From an uncultured Actinomycetes bacterium (GTDB lineage Bacteria; Actinomycetota; Acidimicrobiia; IMCC26256; PALSA-610): a DNA stretch of 64,000 nucleotides. Both the position numbers and the translations under genes were made by a program. The stretch covers positions 9,960 to 73,959 of the forward strand of contig CAWFFF010000010.1 in assembly GCA_963814995.1 (NCBI GenBank), read 5' to 3'. The notes beneath the pieces are model-generated. The model had not been told where the DNA came from. It was given only the letters and a program-made list of their open reading frames with translations, and searched no databases. Of the stretch, positions 58,865 through 64,000 are shown in pieces; positions within the stretch are counted from its first letter, which is position 1, and every line of letters begins with the position of its first letter.

Positions 58865-59667
58865 GACACCCGAACGCGCGCACGAGCTCCGGGGCGAGCG
58901 CGCCGAGATCGGCCGCGACGAACGCCGGGGCCGGGTCGGGCACCGGCTCCTCACCCGGCGACCCGGCGATGCCCGACAGCACGAGCGCGAACGGCACACC
59001 CAGCACGGCGGCGAACGCGCCGTCGGTCGACGGGCGATCACCGATCATGACGACGGGATCGGCGTAGCGGCCGCGCATCATCGCGGCCATCGCCGCCTCG
59101 GGCTTGCCCGCGACCTCGGGCACGCGCCCACCCGCGGTCCGCACTGCGGCGACGATCGCGCCCGCGCCGGGCAGGAGGCCGTCGCGGCCGGGATACGTCG
59201 GGTCGAGGTTGGTCGCGACGAACGTCGCGCCCGCGCGGACGCCGTCGGCCGCGCGCCGCAGCCGCTCGAAGTCGAAGTCGCGATGCCACCCGACGACGAC
59301 CGCGGCGGCCGGCATCGTGTCGACCACGACGAAGCCGTGCCCTTCGAGGGCCTCGACGACACCCGGTCCCGCGGCAGGCGAGGATACGCGTGCCGGCCGA
59401 GTGCGTCCGGGCGACGAGCGCCGCCGCCGCCTGCGCGCTGGTGGCGAGGTCGTCGTCGTCGGCCTCGACGCCGGCGGCCGCGAGCCGCGCCACGTTGTCG
59501 CGGACACGACCGCTGGAGTTGTTCGTCAGGAACACGACGCGCAGCCCGGCCTCACGCAGACGCGTGATACCGGCCGCCGCGCCTTCGATCGGGGTCTCCC
59601 CGCGCCACACCACGCCGTCCAGGTCGCAACAGACGACCGGACGGAGCGACTCGCTCGCCTCGCTCAC
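58854..59667 (-). CDS. HAD-IIA family hydrolase (NagD-like); frameshift near 59375
   Basis: DLDGVVW, FLTNNS, ATNLD, AGKP, MIGDRPSTD. Confidence 0.88.
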
Positions 59668-60093
59668 GTGTCGCTGCGCTCCGTCCCCGGGTCGGACCCG
59701 GCCGCGGACGCGCCACCGGCGTCGGCGTCGATGACCTGCTCGAGCGCGGCCCGGTAGTCGGCGTTGTCAGGCCGCATGACCGCGGCGAGCCGCAGGTGCC
59801 CGCGGGCCCGGTCGCGGTCTCCGGCCTTCAAGCGGCACAAACCGGCCCCGTACCGGGCGTAGTCGTTCACGGGCTCGATGTCGAGCGTCGCGATGAACTC
59901 CTGCTCCGCCGCCGCGAACCGACCGGTGCGGTAGTAGGCCCGCGCCAGCCCCTCCCGGACGGAGCCCTTGGCCGGCTCGAGTCGCGCGCGCCTGCTCGAG
60001 TGCGATCACCGCGGCGTGCGCGTTGCCGTCGGAGAGCAGCCGCATGCCCTCGGAGAAGGCGGTGTATGCGTCGTGGTGGCCTGATGCCGACAT
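59664..60093 (-). CDS. Tetratricopeptide repeat protein; frameshift near 59980
   Basis: TPR-like helices (EGLARAYY, NDYARYGAG, HLRLAAVMRPDN). Confidence 0.7.
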
Positions 60094-60205
60094 GGTTCGC
60101 CTCCTCGGCGCTTCGGGTCTCGGAGAATTCGGTCTTGCCTGTGGTACAACCGAAACGCATTCCCGTACGTCTTCGACCGCCGCCAGGAACCCGGAGAGCA
60201 CCAAC

Positions 60206-61451
60206 GTGGCCGACTTCTCGCCCTTCGCCGGGGTCCGGTACCAGGGCGGGTCCGCCGAGCTCGCCGCGCTCGTCGCCCCACCCTACGACGTCATCGACGA
60301 CGACCAGCTCGCGACGCTCGAGGCCATGGACGAGCACAACTCGGTCCGCCTCATCCTGCCGCGCGACGACACAACCGAGGGCGACCGCTACGACCGGGCC
60401 GCCGACACGTTCGCCCGCTGGCTCGCGGAGGGCGTGCTGTTCCGCGACGACGCGCCCCGCTTCTACGCGTACCGCATGGAATTCACCGATCCGCACGGCG
60501 CACGCCGCCACACCCGGGGAGTGATCGGCGCGCTCACGCTGCCCGAGCCCGGCGACGACGACGTGCTGCCGCACGAGCGCACGCTGCCGAAGGCGAAGTC
60601 CGACCGGCTGGCGCTCCTGCGGGCGATGCGGGTCAACGTCGACCCCATCTGGGGTCTCTCGCTCGGTTCGGGCCTCACCGCTCTGCTCGATCGGGCCACG
60701 CCCCTCGTGCAGTGCCTCGACCCCGACGGCGTGTACCACGAGATCGCGGCCATCGACGACCCCAAGAAGATCGCCGCGATCGGGCGGGTCGTCGGGAGCG
60801 CGCCGTTGGTGCTCGCCGACGGCCATCACCGCTTCGAGACGGCGATCAACTACCGCAACCAACTGCGCGACGCGAGCGACGACCCCGGTTCCGTTCGACA
60901 CGACGGCGCGGCCGCGATCATGACCTTCGTCGTCGAGCTGGCCGACGACGAGCTGTGCATCGAGCCGATCCACCGGCTGATCGACGCTGCCGGCCGGCAC
61001 CGACGTCCGGGTCCTGCTCGCCGACGCGTTCGACGTCGCCGACGCGGGCGCGAACACGCCCGACGGCGTCGACGCGCTGACCGCATCGATGCGCGAGCGC
61101 CAGGGCCTCGGGATCGTCGACACGCACGGCCTCGCCCTCGCCGTCCCCCGGGCCGATCTGCGCGCCGCGGCGCTCGCGGCCGAGCACCCGGCCGTGGCCG
61201 CGACCGACGCCGCCGTCATCGAGGCGCTGGTCGTTCCCCGACTCGCCGAGGCGACCTGGCAGTACCGCCACGACGCCCGTGGGGTCGCCGCGCTCGTCGA
61301 CAAGGGCGCGGCCACCGCCGCGATCCTCTGCTCACCCGTCTCGGTCGCGACCACCCGGGCGGCGGCCGTCGACCGCGTGCGCATGCCGCAGAAGACGACG
61401 TTCTTTTGGCCCAAGCCCCGGACGGGAATGGTCTTTCGCGCCCTCGACTGA
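60206..61451 (+). CDS. DUF1015 family protein; frameshift near 60990
   Basis: PFAGVRY, APPYDVI, LPHERT, ADGHHRFET, MPQKTTFFWPKPRTG. Confidence 0.85.
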
Positions 61452-61494
61452 TGCCGGCGCCGGCGATGCCGGCGTTTGACCCGACGGGACCTGG

Positions 61495-62519
61495 CTACGC
61501 GACCGTCCAGGTCGGCGCCGAGCGCAACAGCGCGGCGAGGTCGCCGGGACCCGACTTCTCGGACGCGGCCGCGATCTGCTGCTGCATCGACACGCCGTAG
61601 TCGGGCCGCTCGACCGCGCGGAAGACGCCGACCGGCGTCGGGGTCTCCGGGTGCTCGGCCAGGCGGGACAGCGCGAACGCGAGCGACGGGTCGGCGCGGG
61701 TCTCGTCGTGGACGATCAGCTTGTCCTCGCCCACGTCGGCGACGTCGACGATCTTGGCTTCGCCGAACTCGTTCATGACCACACCGAGCTGACCGTCATG
61801 GCCGAACCGCACCGGCTCCCCGTGCTTCAGGTCGATGAGCATGTCGGGCCGCGCGTCCTTGTTGAGGATCGTGTCGAAGGCGCCGTCGTTGAAGACGTTG
61901 CAGTTCTGGTACACCTCGACGAACGAGGCGCCCGGGTGCTCGTACGCCCGCCGGAAGGTCTCGGTCATGTGCTTGCGGTCCATGTCGTGCGTGCGGGCGA
62001 CGAAGCTCGCCTCCGCGCCCAGCGCGAGCGAGATGGGGTTGAACGGGTGGTCGAGCGACCCGAACGGCGTCGACTTGGTGATCTTGCCGACCTCGCTCGT
62101 CGGCGAGTACTGGCCCTTGGTCAGGCCGTAGATCTGGTTGTTGAACATCAAGATGTTCAGGTTCACGTTCCGCCGCAGCGCGTGGATCAGGTGGTTGCCA
62201 CCGATCGACAGCATGTCGCCGTCGCCGCCGATGACCCACACGTCGAGGTCGGGACGGGCCAGAGCGACACCGGTCGCGATCGCGGGCGCGCGCCCGTGGA
62301 TGCTGTGCACGCCGTACGTGTTCATGTAGTAGGGCAAGCGGGCCGCGCAGCCGATGCCCGAGACGAACACGAGGTTCTCGGGCAGGACCCCGAGGTCGGG
62401 CAGCAGGAGTTGGATCGCGGTCAGGATCCCGTAGTCGCCGCACCCCGGGCACCAGCGGACCTCCTGGTCCGACTGAAAGTCCTTGCGGGCCAGCTTGACG
62501 GAAGTGCCGTTGCCGTCGG

Positions 62520-62523
<4 letters not shown>
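61495..62523 (-). CDS. korB: 2-oxoacid:ferredoxin oxidoreductase subunit beta
   Basis: RWCPGCGDY, SGIGC, HGRA, GGDGD, YGLTKGQYSPTS. Confidence 0.93.

Positions 62524-64000
<1,477 letters not shown>

Overview
High-GC actinobacterial chromosome segment, probably Acidimicrobiia-like (inferred from gene order and content). Many genes, including essential ones, are split by single-base frameshifts, most likely uncorrected long-read errors. The right half (~31.4-64 kb) is core genome: acyl-CoA carboxylase beta, HMG-CoA lyase, der, ispH, cmk, aroA, tyrA, aroH, rluB, scpAB, trpS, xerD, pyrG, steAB, recN, NAD kinase, tlyA and korAB. The left half is accessory DNA attached to the 3' end of a tRNA-Pro(GGG) at 31275-31349 (- strand). 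The main finding is that the 43-nt 3' half of this tRNA recurs at 27362-27404 and 18139-18181. Both copies sit inside a conserved ~240-bp attP-like structure, with paired TTAGG(T/C) arm repeats and GTCTC repeats phased at 10 bp. This defines a tandem array of units at one tRNA site, and no integrase is visible in them. Unit 1 (3.9 kb) carries a HigBA-type toxin-antitoxin pair, TetR plus a membrane protein, and IS scars. Unit 2 (9.2 kb) carries the arginine deiminase pathway, a PMA1-type H+-ATPase and an adenylate kinase. Unit 3 runs leftward from an ECF sigma/anti-sigma module, possibly taking in a sterol/acyl-CoA cluster and a LacI-controlled catabolic cluster; its far boundary is not visible in the window.
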